Below are positions 38,941 to 53,410 of a DNA stretch of 64,000 nucleotides, in pieces. The position numbers and the translations under genes are program-made. Under the pieces are notes generated by a model. The model made no database searches. It was not told the DNA's origin and saw nothing but the letters and a program-made list of their open reading frames with translations. Where the stretch lies: assembly GCA_951406725.2 (NCBI GenBank), contig OX597829.1, forward strand, positions 56,358,001-56,422,000, written 5' to 3'. This DNA is from Octopus vulgaris (lineage: Eukaryota). How positions within the stretch are numbered: position 1 is the first letter of the stretch; each line of letters opens with the position of its first letter.

Positions 38941-41900
38941 CTGAAAGAAAAATTACACCATTTTTATTGTCATAATTTTTACTTCATATTGATATTCTTT
39001 TCTATTCTAGGCACAAGGACCGAAATTTTAGGGGTGGATACCAGTTGATTAGATTGACTCCAGTACACAACTGGTACTTAATTTATCAACCCCAAAAGGA
39101 TGAAAGGCAAAGTTGACCTCAGAGAAATTTGATCTCAGAACGTAAAGACAGATGAAATACCTATTTCTTATCCACAAGGGGCTAAACATAGGGGGGACAA
39201 ACAAGGACAGACATAGGTATTAAGTCGATTACATCGACCCCAGTGCGTAACTGGTACTTAATTTATCGACCCCGAAAGGATGAAAGGTAAAGTCGACCTC
39301 GGCGGAATTTGAACTTACAACATAACGGCAGATGAAATACCGCTAAGCATTTCACCCGGTGTGCTAACATTTCTGCCATTGAAAGCGTATATTCTTTTCA
39401 GAGTAATCTGTATGATAATATCGAAGACAAGAATGGTAATACAAAAGACAAAAATCTATGGTTCAATTCTCATGATCTTTCAAGGTCAAACTAACCAACA
39501 TATTTAATATTTATTGATGTAAACACTTTTCCATATAGTAAGAACTCTTAGACTTTTTTTTTAGAAATCTATACTGAATAGATATGTTGTCATTAACAAT
39601 GGGACACATCAATATATTAGAAATGGGATATCTCAATGGATATCAAAGTATTAAGAACAGGAGCTTTCAACAGATACCAAAATATAGCATATTTGACCCA
39701 ATGATGATAAAAAATGGGAACTTTCAACAAAACAAATATTATTTACACATTATAAGTGCAGTTCTTCATTAGAGTTGGAAAATACTGGAGGCCATTATCT
39801 AAAGAATGTGAAGAAGCAGAAACAGTTTCATCATCATCATTTAACATTCTGTTGTACATGCTGGCATGGGTTGGACAGTTTGACCAGGGCTAGCTAATAA
39901 GCTGAGGGACTGCACCAGACTCCAGTCTGATGTGGTATGGTTTCTATGGCTGGATTCCCTTGCTAATGCCAATTATTTCAAGAGTGTAATGGGTGATTTT
40001 ACATGTCACTGGCATCTTTGCCAGCTGCATGACACCAATATCTGCCACAACTACGATTCCATTCAGCTTGATGGATCTTCCTTCTCAAGAACAGCATAAT
40101 GCCAAATGTCTCAGCCATTTGTCATTGTCTCCATTGAGGCCCAATGCTGAAGAGGTGTTTTTTATGTGCTACAGGCACAGGTGCTAGTTATGCGACAATG
40201 GCATCAGCCACAAAACTCTAGTGGAGACAAAATCACTTGAGATTTAGCAACAAAGTCACAGAAACAGAAATCCAGGAATTCACAGAATGCATTGAATGAA
40301 AGACTATTTCAATTATTAAAACTTTCAAAAATTATTTTAGAATTAAGAACAGTAAATAAACAACAGATCCAGTACGCTTAAAGCAAAACAATGCACAAAT
40401 ATACTTAGAGTAATTACAGGTACAACATAAACCCTAATACATGGAAACAAGTGTGACATTATTCCCCTCATTAGCTCAAAACACTGTGATATGATGTACA
40501 CAGCCGACAATAGGGGCAAAGGAACAACTCACATTGACTGAGTCCACTTTGTGCCCTGAGCTGTGTCCACATTACAGGCATACAGAAACAGTGGTCAGTG
40601 TACAGCATGGTCTTCATTTCATGACCAGAGGAGGTATGGTACAACTGGGGAAACAGATCTCACACAAAAATCCTAAACAACCTCCAAAAGAGATCTGTTC
40701 AGTTGCAAGCTAATACTCACCAACACACTACAACATAACTGACTTAAAGATTTACTATTTATTCTCCCCCCCCCTCTTCTACTTTATTACGGCAGCTTAT
40801 GTCACTCTTCACTTTCACCCAAAGCACCCGTTTCATCTTACTCTTCCTCCACTCAGCCTACAAATTGTATTTCACTCTTTAAATGCTACACTGAACACTT
40901 TGCCTAACCCTTCATCTTTGAACCGGAACTCTCTGGATATTGCTCTTTTTGCAACTTTCCCCCACAGGCTATGGAGCATCAATTGCACTGACCTCATCAG
41001 AATAGGAGTACCATAAAGATAATCAGCTTTGCATTCATGTACTCAAGTTGTTGCACTGTATCACATGTAAAACTGTTGGTTAATATTGTAGCCAAGACTA
41101 CTGAACCTAACAAGTCAACATAGCCAACTGGAAAGATTGAATTCAACTAAATGTCAAGTTTCAACTTCTGGATCACACACAAACGTTCAATCAATAAATC
41201 TCATCAATAGATCTTTAGAGTAGATATGTTTGGATTAACTCAACAACTTCAAGATAAGTAAAACATAGTTTTTAATACATTTAGGAGCAAATATACTAAA
41301 GGGAAAACAAGCAGAAATAAAATGTGATGCTTTAACCGAAAGAGCTTACAAACTAAGGAAGTATATTTGAAGCCATTGGAAGTATCTCTAAATGGTTGCT
41401 TGAACTGCTAGAAATAGCTGGTACATCTCCCTCAAATCACATCCTACCATTTCAAGTAAGATCTATTGGTTAGTGTAGTCCTTGGTGTACAAAAAGGTGA
41501 AATTACCAAAGCTGGAACACTTCTGATCATAGTTCTGCTCAAGTGGGGATGAACTGATGTGTTTCAAACTTAGTCACTGAGAGATTTCTTTTACATCAAG
41601 CAACAGACATTGCCCTGTCTATCTTCCTCATTATCAATAAGAATACAATGAACCAGTGATCAAGTGGAAGCCTCCAACCAATGATAATGTTTACTTCATA
41701 TTGTAATTTGTGATATAAAATAAATAAATGAACAATGAAGAGTATTTTGACAGACCAGACTATTTGTTGAAGAAATGTTACTTTCAACAACTAATATGCA
41801 CCAGTTCACATTTCTTTTATTTATATTTTCCATCCAATTCATGTCAGAGAACACTAACAATCACTAACCTTCCAGCTTTTGAGAATATCTTTAATAAGCT

Positions 41901-42613
41901 TTCATCTCATTACATAGATTAATAGTTTATAGAATCAATTATTCAATTACCAATCATGTTAATGAATAGGTGTAGATTTTAGGAAAGAATATTTAGTTAA
42001 AACTTTAAGCTATATATGGTAAATTTTATAGAGATTTATATAGATTTAAAACACAAAACTTTACTCAGAAAGAAAAAGAAAGCACAAATGCTCCCCCATA
42101 CTTAGGCAACACATGCTGCAGTTTGCTGGTTTTCTGTCAGGCCATCCTACATATACTTACATGGAAAGCAGATGTTAAATGATAATGATGATGATGATGA
42201 TTTCAACAGCAAAAGATAAACATTATTCATATTTCAGAAACAAAATAAACAATAAAAAAAGAAATACTACTCACATTTCAACTGCATATAAAAAAAAAAG
42301 CAGTAAAACAAAATCATAATTCATATCAAGATAACATTGTCACATCACACCTGCTTTAAATATGACCCAGACACAACATGAGCCGCAGAGTTTACAGCAA
42401 ATGCTGGGCTTCTTTATCACCAAGGATCTCTCCTGACAAAAGCACACACACAATAGAGTTAAGGCTGCATCTCAGAACCAGAACAAATTTCAGTCTCCCA
42501 ACAATTACTGACACACAACAAAAGCTCAAATGAATCTCACAATGGAGTATTGCTCTCATGTTTGGGAACAGCAGTTTCTGCACACACACACACACACACA
42601 CACCCCCACACAG

Positions 42614-42644
<31 letters not shown>

Positions 42645-43007
42645 CGAGACTGCTTCTAAAAAAGAACACCTAACCGATTGGCATAACATCACTAACAGAC
42701 TCTCCAACTTCTGTCACTTCTCTCTGCCTTTTCTACCACTACTTTAGTGGCCTCCACTCCTCAAAGCCAGCCAATCTTATGCCACTTCCAGTTCATCCAT
42801 CTCTCCTCAGTTTTCTCCATTTTCTGATTATTTAAAGTTGATTCCTGATAAAATTTTGTTTATTCAGTTATTACCTGTACCCTATGAGCATAGTGTGCTT
42901 GCATACCCATACCCAGGGATAGCATAGGTAAATGATACCGATAGTAAATACGGATACTATTATCCCTTAGACGGTTAGTCCAACTGCTAACTCTGCTTAC
43001 CTATATA

Positions 43008-43055
<48 letters not shown>

Positions 43056-43057
<2 letters not shown>

Positions 43058-43255
43058 GTCGGACAGGCGGGCCAGGAGGAGGACAACTGCAGCAACACCC
43101 ACACGTACCCATCGATGTTCGTGTGCAGCAACTGTACCAGGGACTGCCACTCTAGAATTGGACTGTTCAGTCACAGCAGACGCTGCACATCATCAAAGTA
43201 GGCCCCACCCTTGGCGCAACCCATTGTCTATCAAGACAGACGGGGAGAAGAGAGA
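43056..43255 (+). mobile_element. RTE/BovB-like LINE 3' end inserted in (TA)n
   Basis: C-terminal zinc motif CSNCTRDCHSRIGLFSHSRRC. Confidence 0.8.
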
Positions 43256-44999
43256 TATATATATATACTATAAAGAATGTTTGTGCGCATAGCAACATGT
43301 CGTATGAATACTAATGACAGAAAAAGGACATATATGAACCATTTAATTAAACCCACTTAATTAAACAAATTACCCACTATATTTGTTAATATTTTAGGCT
43401 ACATTTAGAAAACTTTTGCCCATAGGAATAACTTTAAAACATAGTTCCCTATAATTAACACATTAACCTACCACTGGAACTTACAGGTGACACCATGAAT
43501 TTTTAATCACTCTGCATATTGTTTAATTACAAGGAAATGTAACTTCTTTGCATTTTTACAATATTTCATAATTAAATTTTGATATTTAGCATTCATGTTA
43601 TTTAAATATCCTCAAAACCATGTCAAAGGTACAGAATAAGATATTTTCTCAAATTATGAGAATGTACCATTAACGATGCATATGGTGGTTGCATGAAGTG
43701 TTTGTGATGAACCACCAGTGGTACACGTGGCAGTTAAAATGTCTGACTGCATCTAGTAAATATTTCTTTTTCCATTCCAGTACTTCTTGACTTCATCTTG
43801 ACCTTATTCTTAACTTCAGTAGATCATAGCTACCAGCATTGTTTCCCAAATTAAAAAATACATATATACTCAATTTTGATGTCTCTGTTAGTCTGAAAAG
43901 AAAGAACAGTGCATCTTATTTTATAGATCAAATTTGTTCCTTTGTTTTCCAACAACACTGATACTTGCTCTCCTAAAATCAATTATCTATAAAGAAAGCA
44001 AAATGACAGTTTCATTCAAAACAAGAATATACTGTCAAATAACTGGTTGTACTGTTATGATATTGATGTAGACAGTTAGTTGAAACCCATCTATAATTAT
44101 CCATGCTATACTGTATTAACTCTTTCCAAGTTATTCAGATTAAATGAAAAATATCTGAGATTAGAATTTAACCATCAGAACTTTTACTCTAATACTATAA
44201 AATTACCAACACTTTTTGACAAAACTTCTCTCTAAGCCATTAAGCAAATATGGATATTAGAAATAATATAACCAAAACAGCTTGCAATTAATTTGTCTGT
44301 CAGAATATTACACATTAGACCTTAACAAATAGAAAACTAACAACACATTCCATAAAAATGTTATTCAAAATTTTACAGCAAATGTGAATTACAGTGGAAC
44401 CCGTTTGTCAGTCAGGCAAGCTAAGACGAATAGAATTGTGTGTGTTACCTAGAGGTATAACATATTATTTCTAACATAGTTTCAACTCCTTCATGAACAA
44501 TAGTCCTTTAGTTCATTGCAACTGAGCTTCAATCTCACAAGGAAGAATATTTCTGAGAATCTCTGGCTATCGGCTTTTAGTTCTTGTTGCTCGTTAGTCC
44601 CAAGTCACCCTATCTTGGTATATGTTATACATTGTGTTTCTCCTTTAATATGGTAAGGATGGAATCTGAGTGAAATTTGGCTGTTATTTCTAGCAGGTCA
44701 AGCAACTACATACAGAATCTCTCATTAGCTCAACTAATTAGTTAAATGATAATGGAGGCATACAAAATAATCGAAACATCTTACATCCAGCCAACTTGTG
44801 TTTCAAGAAACAGGAAATACTTGAATTTTTGAAACAACAACAACAGCAACCACCACCACCACCACCACCACCACCACCATCACCATCATCATTATCATTA
44901 TCATCATTTAACAGCTGTTTTCCATGCTGGCATGGGTTGGACAGCTCCAGGGAACAAAAAGGTTATAGAACTAAATAGAAACAAATAAAATTGAATTAC

Positions 45000-45153
45000 C
45001 AAGCGAGGCCAAAAGAACAGCCATACATATAAAAATCACAGCTGTTGTCATTGTGATTATATATATGATTATTTCTAAAGTAGGGAGTGGAGCATGTAGG
45101 CCTCGGGCATAGTAAGACACTTGCTTCAAAGTTGTAGGGTCCAAATGACTCAT
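45000..45153 (-). CDS. HHAT: Hedgehog acyltransferase (MBOAT family), first coding exon: MSHLDPTTLKQVSYYARGLHAPLPTLEIIIYIITMTTAVIFICMAVLLASL+G
   Basis: LPxxE plus a hydrophobic helix resembles the HHAT N-terminus (LPRWELALY). Acceptor ttctaatttcag ends at 45160, then 6 nt of UTR (accacaATG). Donor gtaatt, phase 1, joins the next exon in frame. Confidence 0.8.
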
Positions 45154-45263
45154 TGTGGTCTGAAATTAGAAATAAAATAACATTAGGATTCATCATCATC
45201 GATTAATAAAAGAAAATTAACAAAATTCTATTGTTTTTTTTTTAAATATACTGAAAATAATTA

Positions 45264-45425
45264 CCGTATTTTAACATGTTTAAGGAACCCTTTTCTGTCA
45301 AAAGTTAGATTAAAAAAATATGGGAGTTTCTTATACGTGGATAGTATCATAATTCTTTACAAAAGTTTTTTTCCAAATTTCAAGCCCAAGAAATTAGGGG
45401 GCTCCTTATACATGTTAAAATACAG
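45264..45425. mobile_element. TA-flanked MITE (pogo/Tc1-type termini)
   Basis: ta|ccgtattttaacatgtttaagga ... tccttatacatgttaaaatacag|ta. Confidence 0.8.
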
Positions 45426-46914
45426 TAAATGCATTTTCTCAAAATATTTGATGGAGTCGTTGTTGTTGGATATGTATTTACCGGTTTAAAAAAACACAAC
45501 CGTTTTCTTTAGAAAAATACTGTCATTCCTGATGTTTAACCCATCTGTCTTACTTTCCAATCACTATAGAAAGCAATTATATACGCCAACACTTTCAGGT
45601 ATTGCATACACTTGTTTTGTTTTGTTTTTGTCAATGTCACTATGGCCTTAAAATGACCTTAAGAAATAAGACAGGCAGAATCATTAGCAAGTTGGATAAA
45701 CTGGTTAGTGGCATTTCATCCAGCTCTTTATGTTTTGGGGTTATATGCAAGTGTATATATACGTATATATATATATCATCATCATTTAATGTCCACGTTC
45801 CATGCTAGCATGGGTTGGATGGTTTGACTGAGGTCTGGCGAAACAGATGGCTGCACCAGGCTCCAATCTGATCTGGCAGAGTTTCTGCAGCTGGGTGCCC
45901 TTCCTAATGCCAACCACTCTAAGAGTGTAGTGGGTGCTTGTACATGCCACCAGCACAAGGGCCAGTCAGGCGGTACTGGCAATAGCCACACTCAAATGAT
46001 GCTTTTTATGTGCCACCTGCACAGGAGCCAGTCTAGCAGCACTGGCAACAACCTCACTTGAATGTTTTTTCACATGCCATCGGCACAAGTGCCATTAAGG
46101 CAACACTGATAACGATCACGCCTGAATGGTGTTTTTACATGCCACCAGCACCAAAGCCAGTTTGTTGCTCTGGCAATGATCATGCTCATATGGTACTCTT
46201 AGCGCTCCACTAGCACGGATGCCAGTCATTGAATTTGATTTCGATTTTGATTTCACTTGCCTCAACAGGTCTTTGCAAGCAGAGTTTAGTGTCCAATGAA
46301 GGAAAGGTATGCATAAGTGGACTGGTTACACCCCTGGCATAGGCCACAAGGTTATGGTCTGACTTAGCTTGCCGGGTATTGTCAAGCACAGCATATTTCC
46401 AAAGGTCCCAGTCACTAGTCATTGCCTCGGTGAGGCCCAATGTTTGAAGGTCATGCTTCACCACCTCATCCCAGGTCTTCCTGGGTCTACCCCTTCCACA
46501 GGTTCCCTCAACCACTAGGGTGTGGCATATTTTCACACAGCTATCCACATCCATTCTCGCCACAATAAAAATAAGATATTTTTATTTTTGTTTTTTTGTA
46601 TATTGTGTGAAACAATTCTGATGAGGGGAGTGTCAGTTTTAAAAATATGAAATATATCATATTACTTGGCACGCCTGTGGCCCGTAGGTGGAATTTTTTA
46701 ATTTTTGTATTATTTTCGTAGTATTCTAGTATGTCCTTTTAATACTTTATCATCTCAAATTTTTATTGCATCAATATATTATAACTTTTAAATGTAAATT
46801 CACTGTGTTTTGTGTATCACATCGATATTTATCTATTTATGTGTATCTTTATATTTATGTATTTGGAATTTTTATTTCCATTTTATAACAGTAGGCACGG
46901 GAGTGGCTGTGGTA

Positions 46915-47320
46915 GGCGCAGGAGTGGCTGTGTGGTAAGTAGCTTGTTTACCAACCACATGGTTCCAGGTTCAGTCCCACTGCGTGGCACCTTGGGCAAG
47001 TGTCTTCTACTATAGCCCCGGGCCGACCAATGCCTTGTGAGTAGATTTGGTAGATGGAAACTGAAAAGAAGCCTGTCGTATATGTGTATATATATGTGTG
47101 TGTGTGTGTTTGTGTGTCTGTGTTTGTCCCCCTAGCATTGCTTGACAACCGATGCTGGTGTGTTTACATCCCCGTCACTTAGCGGTTGGGCAAAAGAGAC
47201 CAATAGAATAAGTACTGGGCTTACAAAGAATAAGTCCCAAGGTCGATTTGCTCGACTAAAGGCGGTGCTCCAGCATGGCCACAGTCAAATGACTGAAACA
47301 AGTAAAAGAGTAAAAGAGTA
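46915..47320 (+). mobile_element. tRNA-derived SINE (main family), full length; other copies 30125-30525 -, 51520-51935 -, 55752-56158 +, 34510-34915 + (chimeric with RTE-type tail)
   Basis: A/B-box head, ccttgggcaagt core, central TA/TG tract, structured tail, (gtaaaaga)n end. Confidence 0.93.
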
Positions 47321-48316
47321 GAAGAATATATGTATGTATTTGATTTTCGAATGTAGTTATTAATTATGTTCCTCTTGTTTCTGCTTGTATTGCTTCCATT
47401 TAAATTATGAAGTGGTATATCATCGTCATCATCATCATCGTTTAGCGTCCGCTTTCCATGCTGGCATGGGTTGGATGGTTCAACTGGGGTCTGGGAAGCC
47501 AGAATGCTGCACCAGGCCCAGTCTGATCTGGCAATATTTCTACAGCTGGATGCCCTTCCTAACGCCAACCACTCCATGAGTGTAGTGGGTGCTTTTTACG
47601 AATCACCGGCACAGGTGCCAGATGAGGCTGGCAAATGGCCACGATTGGATGGTGCTTTTTACATGCCACCGACATGAGGCCAGTCGGGGCATATATATAT
47701 ATATATACATATGTATACATATATAAAATAATAAACAGAAAGCAGATGTAATATTCATCACCAGGAAACTAATGAGGTGAAGTACACGGCTGTATGATGT
47801 TCCTATCATCATTATGTAATTATTTCAGCATTTTATTGAAACACTTCTCTGCCCTATAAAGCTTTGAATACCACACCTGTTTACTGCCTATTATTTTTGT
47901 TTTTTCAGTTATTCAGCTTGTATTCCACACTCTAGCCATCCCAAGTGTGCTAACGCACGTTACACTTCACAGGTTACTGAAGTGGAGTGTGGCACTCACT
48001 ACTGAGTCCAATTAAGGTTGCATGTCACACTTTATTGTGCCTCCCTTTTTTTAGCACACAACACACACACGCAAATACATTTAGTAATTATTTATGTAGT
48101 CTTTACCTATCAATCTATCTATCTGTATACTTTCTTACGTTCCTACCTGTAATTTTGGTAAACCCTCCCTGGCTACCAAACATAAAGGCTCCTTGGTACC
48201 TCAGGAATTTACTACTGAATGGTTTGTTTTTAAAGGGCTTGTATACTTAGAAAAGCTTCTTTTGTTACATACTGCTAAACTACTAAAAGTGTCACATCAT
48301 ACAGACATATACCCCA

Positions 48317-48800
48317 TTATTATTATTATTATTATTATTATCAGAAGGAAGTACTGAGGATAAATGGCAGAATAGTGTTACTTCTGAATAAGATTAGCTT
48401 TGGTGAGATCTTGTCCAAGTTTGTCTCACAACATTCCACATCTGGTGGAAGCTACTTACTGTGATCCTTTAAGGATGAAACTTCTTCAATATCCATAACA
48501 AGTAGTTTATAATATCAATAAAGAGTTTGGGATTAACTAATTTTAATAACAATAATCAGTCGATAATGTTGCCCATGATTACAATAAACGGTTTGCACAG
48601 TGTGTGTTGAGACAGTGAAGTTATTAGTTACCAACAAACTTCTCCATTTTGCAGTTACTCATTTGGAGAAAACCTTTAACGAAGTTTCTTGCTCTGTAAA
48701 TTACAGAGTTCTGAGGAACGTTGATATAGATAAATGGTGAGAATCATTCAAGGTCAGAGTCATAATGAAGTTCAGACAAGAATTTAGTGTACAGGTCAAT
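48317..48800 (-). mobile_element. Possible RLE-type (R4/NeSL-like) LINE 3' remnant with (taa)n tail
   Basis: (tta)n tract followed by a decayed ORF end (NLDKISPKL); weak. Confidence 0.3.
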
Positions 48801-50211
48801 GTACACCCAGATTCTTTTTCCTAAATCCTTTAATAAAGTTCTCTAGGTTATAACATAAAAGTTAAAAATTGGTTGTTTTGGGGAACTTTTATATACTGAT
48901 CTGGTTCCTAGAGCATAAGCAGTCAACAAATTGCAAAATAAGTTCCAGGTTTGGAAAGTAATTCTAGAATCCATAGATTTAAAGTTCATCAAAGCAAGAA
49001 CCAAAGTGCTAGTTGGTAGAATAAGTAAAAAGCTCCAGTGATATATACATGACATTTACGGAAGAGAGTAGGTATAAATTTAGTATGCTAAACATTGTAT
49101 AGTCTGTGAGAAAAATGCAGGATGGTAGAGTAATTGAGGACGAGGTCTTCAGATAAGATGCATAAAAGGAGTTAAGAGTGGAAGCACCAATGAATTGCTT
49201 AGTTTCATTAGATATAGTTGAGAGTTCCTGTTAAATGGGTAATGTAGTAAAGTGTTGGAAGTTGCAGTAGGGAAACTATAGTTGCTACAATATGAAAAGA
49301 ATAGAAAAGATCCAGTAACAAGGGATCTCTCTGCCCCCTCCCTCCATCCCTTCTCTCTGTTCCCTCCCTCCTCTCTCTCTCTCTCTCTCTCTCTCTTCAT
49401 GTAAATGGTAGAATATACAAAGCTTTCTATGGCCTTGAATTTGGATGATCTGTTGAAACTGGAGAGACAAGAAACAAACATGGTTTATTATATGCGAAAG
49501 ATTAATTTGCATGAAAAGCAAAGACTACAATAAACTAACATGTTCACTAAACATTAAAAATATCTTTCAATGTGAGACATGCTATGTTGCAACAATACAA
49601 CCATTTATATTTATCTCACACATGATGCAAATGAATACAGAATGAATACTGAGTAAAAAAGAAAAAGAGTTGCACATGTAACCTGTAGAACAGCAAAGGA
49701 AATATGGAAGCTGTTTTACCAGTTCTCATGCAATGAGGCCTTTCAGATGAGACGTCAAAAGAACAATTATGGGAGAATGGTTTCTAAAGCATTAGGAAGG
49801 TTAATGATAATATTTTTTTTTCAATTTTGACACACCTACCACTCTATATGTATGTCTAAAGCAACTGTACAGAAATGCAATAGATTTTGTATCAAGAAAT
49901 TCTAAGTAAATAAGAATTATGTTGGTCAGTGCATACTCCAAGTATATCTAATTTTAAAATGAGTTTATGTGGAAAATATTAAAGATTTTAAAAATTAATA
50001 ACTTATTTTATGTATCCAAAATACAAATCAAATAACCAAAAAGGGAAACGTATCTCAGTCAGATGAATGACTTTCGTGTAAAGGAATAATTAGAGCCCTT
50101 GAAGGGGTTACTAACGGTTCGATTCTAAAGAGAGGTATGTGTCCTTGATATGGAAGCAACAGAATTCAAAATATCAAGTTTTACAGATATCTCAAGAAAT
50201 GCAGATTCCTA

Positions 50212-50597
50212 TCTGTTCATGAAGTTGTGTGTCTGTCTCCTACGATTTAGATTCCTAACTACTCCCACATTTTGCGGCGCAGTGTAACCAAAAGCAGGTA
50301 TCTTATAGTCGTGATTCATATCGAGCCCTTCTGGGCATTAGCGCGCGTCTACGATGAGTCTACGATTTAAAAAATAATTTACCATCATTTTTTCCCATTT
50401 TTAATGCATTTTTTTGCTATTATATAAGGGAAGTAACTCTCTAAAAATGTATTATTAAATCTCAGAACGTAAAAAGTAACACCCCCACCCCCTTTGTGGT
50501 TAGCCATATTGAGATGGCTACTATACTTTACATCTCTAAAAATGCTTATATAGTTATTTCCCTTACAAACCCGAGCAACACCGGGCGATACTGCTAG
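50212..50597 (+). mobile_element. Non-autonomous Helitron
   Basis: 3' hairpin cccg-agcaacac-cggg followed by CTAG|T at 50594-50598. Confidence 0.8.
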
Positions 50598-51934
50598 TGT
50601 ATATATATTTATTCAAATATGAATGACCAGCAGCCTGAGGGATAAAAACAATATCATCACTCACACACAAGGTATGTGTTTTGTATATTTGTGGGTAGGC
50701 TGAGATTTTAGGTGCAAGAGAATATATTCTCATCAATTTGCCTGGTGTTAAAACACCATGGAAACAATTCAAATATGAATGAGAAGCATTTGTTCCATGG
50801 TATGAAACGTTGGGTCATACCAGCAAATGGTTCTTACATCATTTTGCATATAGTCATAGAAGTAAGTGTGATCATTGCCAGCATCGCCTTACCAGCAAAT
50901 GCACCGGTGACACATGGAAAACATTCGAGCGTTGTCATTGCCAGTGCCGCCGGACTGGCTCCTATGCAGGTAGCACATAAAAAACACCTTTTGAACATGG
51001 TCGTTGCCAGAACTGTCTGACTAGCCCTCATGCCAGTGGCATGCAAAAGCACCCACTACACTCTCGGAGTGGTTGGTGTTAGGAAGGGCATCCAGCTGTA
51101 GAAACTTTGCCAGATCACATTGAGCCTGGTGCAGCCTTCTGGCTCACCAGTCCTCAGACAAACCGTCCAACCCATGCCAGCATGGAAAGTGGACGTTAAA
51201 TGACGATGATGATGATTATTGTTGCAAAAACAGTAGTATCTTTCTTTTTTACTTTTCATTACAATCTTTAATTTTTGATAAAATTTTTTTAAATGTTTGT
51301 TTAAACAAAACCATTTCAGGGAAGTAGCAAGTGGGCCGCAAGATTAAAGTCTGCAGCTGTATCTGGCCCACAGGCATCAAGTTAGCCAGCCCTGGTCTAT
51401 GACTTCCAGGTGTTTTAAAACCAGGCAAATTGAAGAGACTATATCCTTTACACCTACAATTGCAGCCTGCCCGTGAACTGACAAAACACGTCTTGTGTAT
51501 GAGACTTCAATATTCTTTATATATCTCTTTTACTTGTTTCAGTCATTTGACTGCGGCCATGCTGGAGCACCGCCTTTAGTCAAGCAAATCAACTTCAGAA
51601 CTTATCCTTTGTAAGCCTAATACTTATTCTATTGGTCTCTTTTTGCTGAACCGCTAAGTTACAGGGACGTAAACACATCAGCATCAATTGTCGAGCAATG
51701 GAGGAGGGGGGGGGGGACAAACACAGGCACACAAACATATACATACATATACATATATATACATACATACATACATACATATATACGATGGGCTTGTTTC
51801 AGTTTGCATCTACCAAATCCACTCTCAAGACGAGGTTATAGTAGAAGACACCTACCAAGGTACTACGCAGTGGGACTGAACCCGGAACCATGTGGTTGGT
51901 AAGCTAGCTACTTACCACACAGCCACTCCTGTGC

Positions 51935-51992
<58 letters not shown>

Positions 51993-52919
51993 ATGTTTGT
52001 GTATATGTGTAAGCACCACGTTTGCAAGCTTTCATAAAGTCTTCCTATCATAACATCCTCCTCCCCTTCAATGAGATTTCAGCTCTTAACATTCTCTCGT
52101 TTCCATGCTCTGATTGCTGTATTCCTCCCCCCCACCACCACCTCCCACTAACACCCATTCACACTTCTGCCTCCTACACCTTCTCTCTTAACGTTGTTAT
52201 GTTTCTTCGCCGTCACACTCCCAATAAACACCAGTAAATGTTTTAAATATTTTATCTCCTTCCTGTGAACAATTTTGCCCTAAATGTTACATCTATAATA
52301 CATGACATTATATTCCAGCTTCAACTCCATATAAGTTTTGGAGTTGGGGGGGTTTCCTGATCATAAACCCTACTCCTGCCTCCTCATTTTCTTGTTATTT
52401 TCTTTCCATTTTTTTCTTTTTTATTATTTCCAGTTATAGATTTTCCCAAACCAATTAGACTTCTCTTCATCTTCACAACAAAATAACTTACTGTACTTTG
52501 TGAATTGTTGTATTCTAGTTAATTAATCAATTAAATAGTGGCAGAAATGAGCAAGACACAGCAATATTATTATTATTATAAGCTGTAACCAAAAGGGAGT
52601 CACAAGCAGCTAGAGATGCCTCAAATTGATCGACAATATCTTTTAGATAAGATTTAGATAAAATTTATACAAGACAGAATTAGCTGGGTAAAAACAGTTT
52701 GGATTTGTGCAAGACCATAAAATCACAGACATACCATTACCAGTGAGATAACTGCAAGTGTTCTTACCTAAAAATAAATTACTCCATAAGATGTTATCAG
52801 ATAATTTCAACATGCACAAGAAAAATGCTCACATAGCTGACAATCATTGTAAACCAGAATATTAAGCTTGTCTACAAATAGGCTTTATCTATCATAGGTA
52901 TTGTAAAATTGTTTGAAAA

Positions 52920-53410
52920 AACTCAGTGGTTTTTGACAGCTGATGAATACAAGCAACATGTCAGCATCCAATTTTGCATGAGACTTGGCAAGTCTGCAAA
53001 CAAAATAATCAAAATTTTCCACCAGATTCTTGGCAAACATTCATTTGGTCTCATACATGTTTTTTGAGTGGCACACATATATAAAGGCCAGCTGAGTGTT
53101 AGTTCAAGACAATGAGTGTTCAGGACAATCAATTGCTAGAAAAATGCTCAAAAATGTGGGAACAGTTTGCAAATTCATCCATGAGGATTGCACAGAACAA
53201 TCCTTCAACTCTTTCACATGACCAGAATCAATAATGGAGTCAGCCAGGAATTTCTTAGGGAAACCTGAACATGCATCATGATAATGCAAAGTTAGGAACA
53301 TTCTGTGTACATTCCCAAGAGGACAATTTCAAAAGGAATATGAAATACATTATTAAGTGGATTACTGGTAGACTTTTCTTTAGACCTGATTCAGGAAGGT
53401 CTTATAATTT
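52920..53410 (+). mobile_element. Mariner transposase N-terminal remnant
   Basis: KQHVSIQFCMRLGKSA...VF(E)WH...DNECSGQ, mariner HTH-like. Confidence 0.65.

Noticed and set aside
40930-41010. Minus-strand CTGATGA
   Set aside because: No closing stem II, GAAAC or stem I partner.
43800-43900. Good minus-strand acceptor (ctttcttttcag) as an extra HHAT exon
   Set aside because: Downstream frames hit stops with no HHAT similarity; exons 1 and 2 already join in frame.
46611-46700. CTGATGA followed by a stem (gtgtcag/ttggcac)
   Set aside because: GAAA half of the core is missing; at most a deleted relic.
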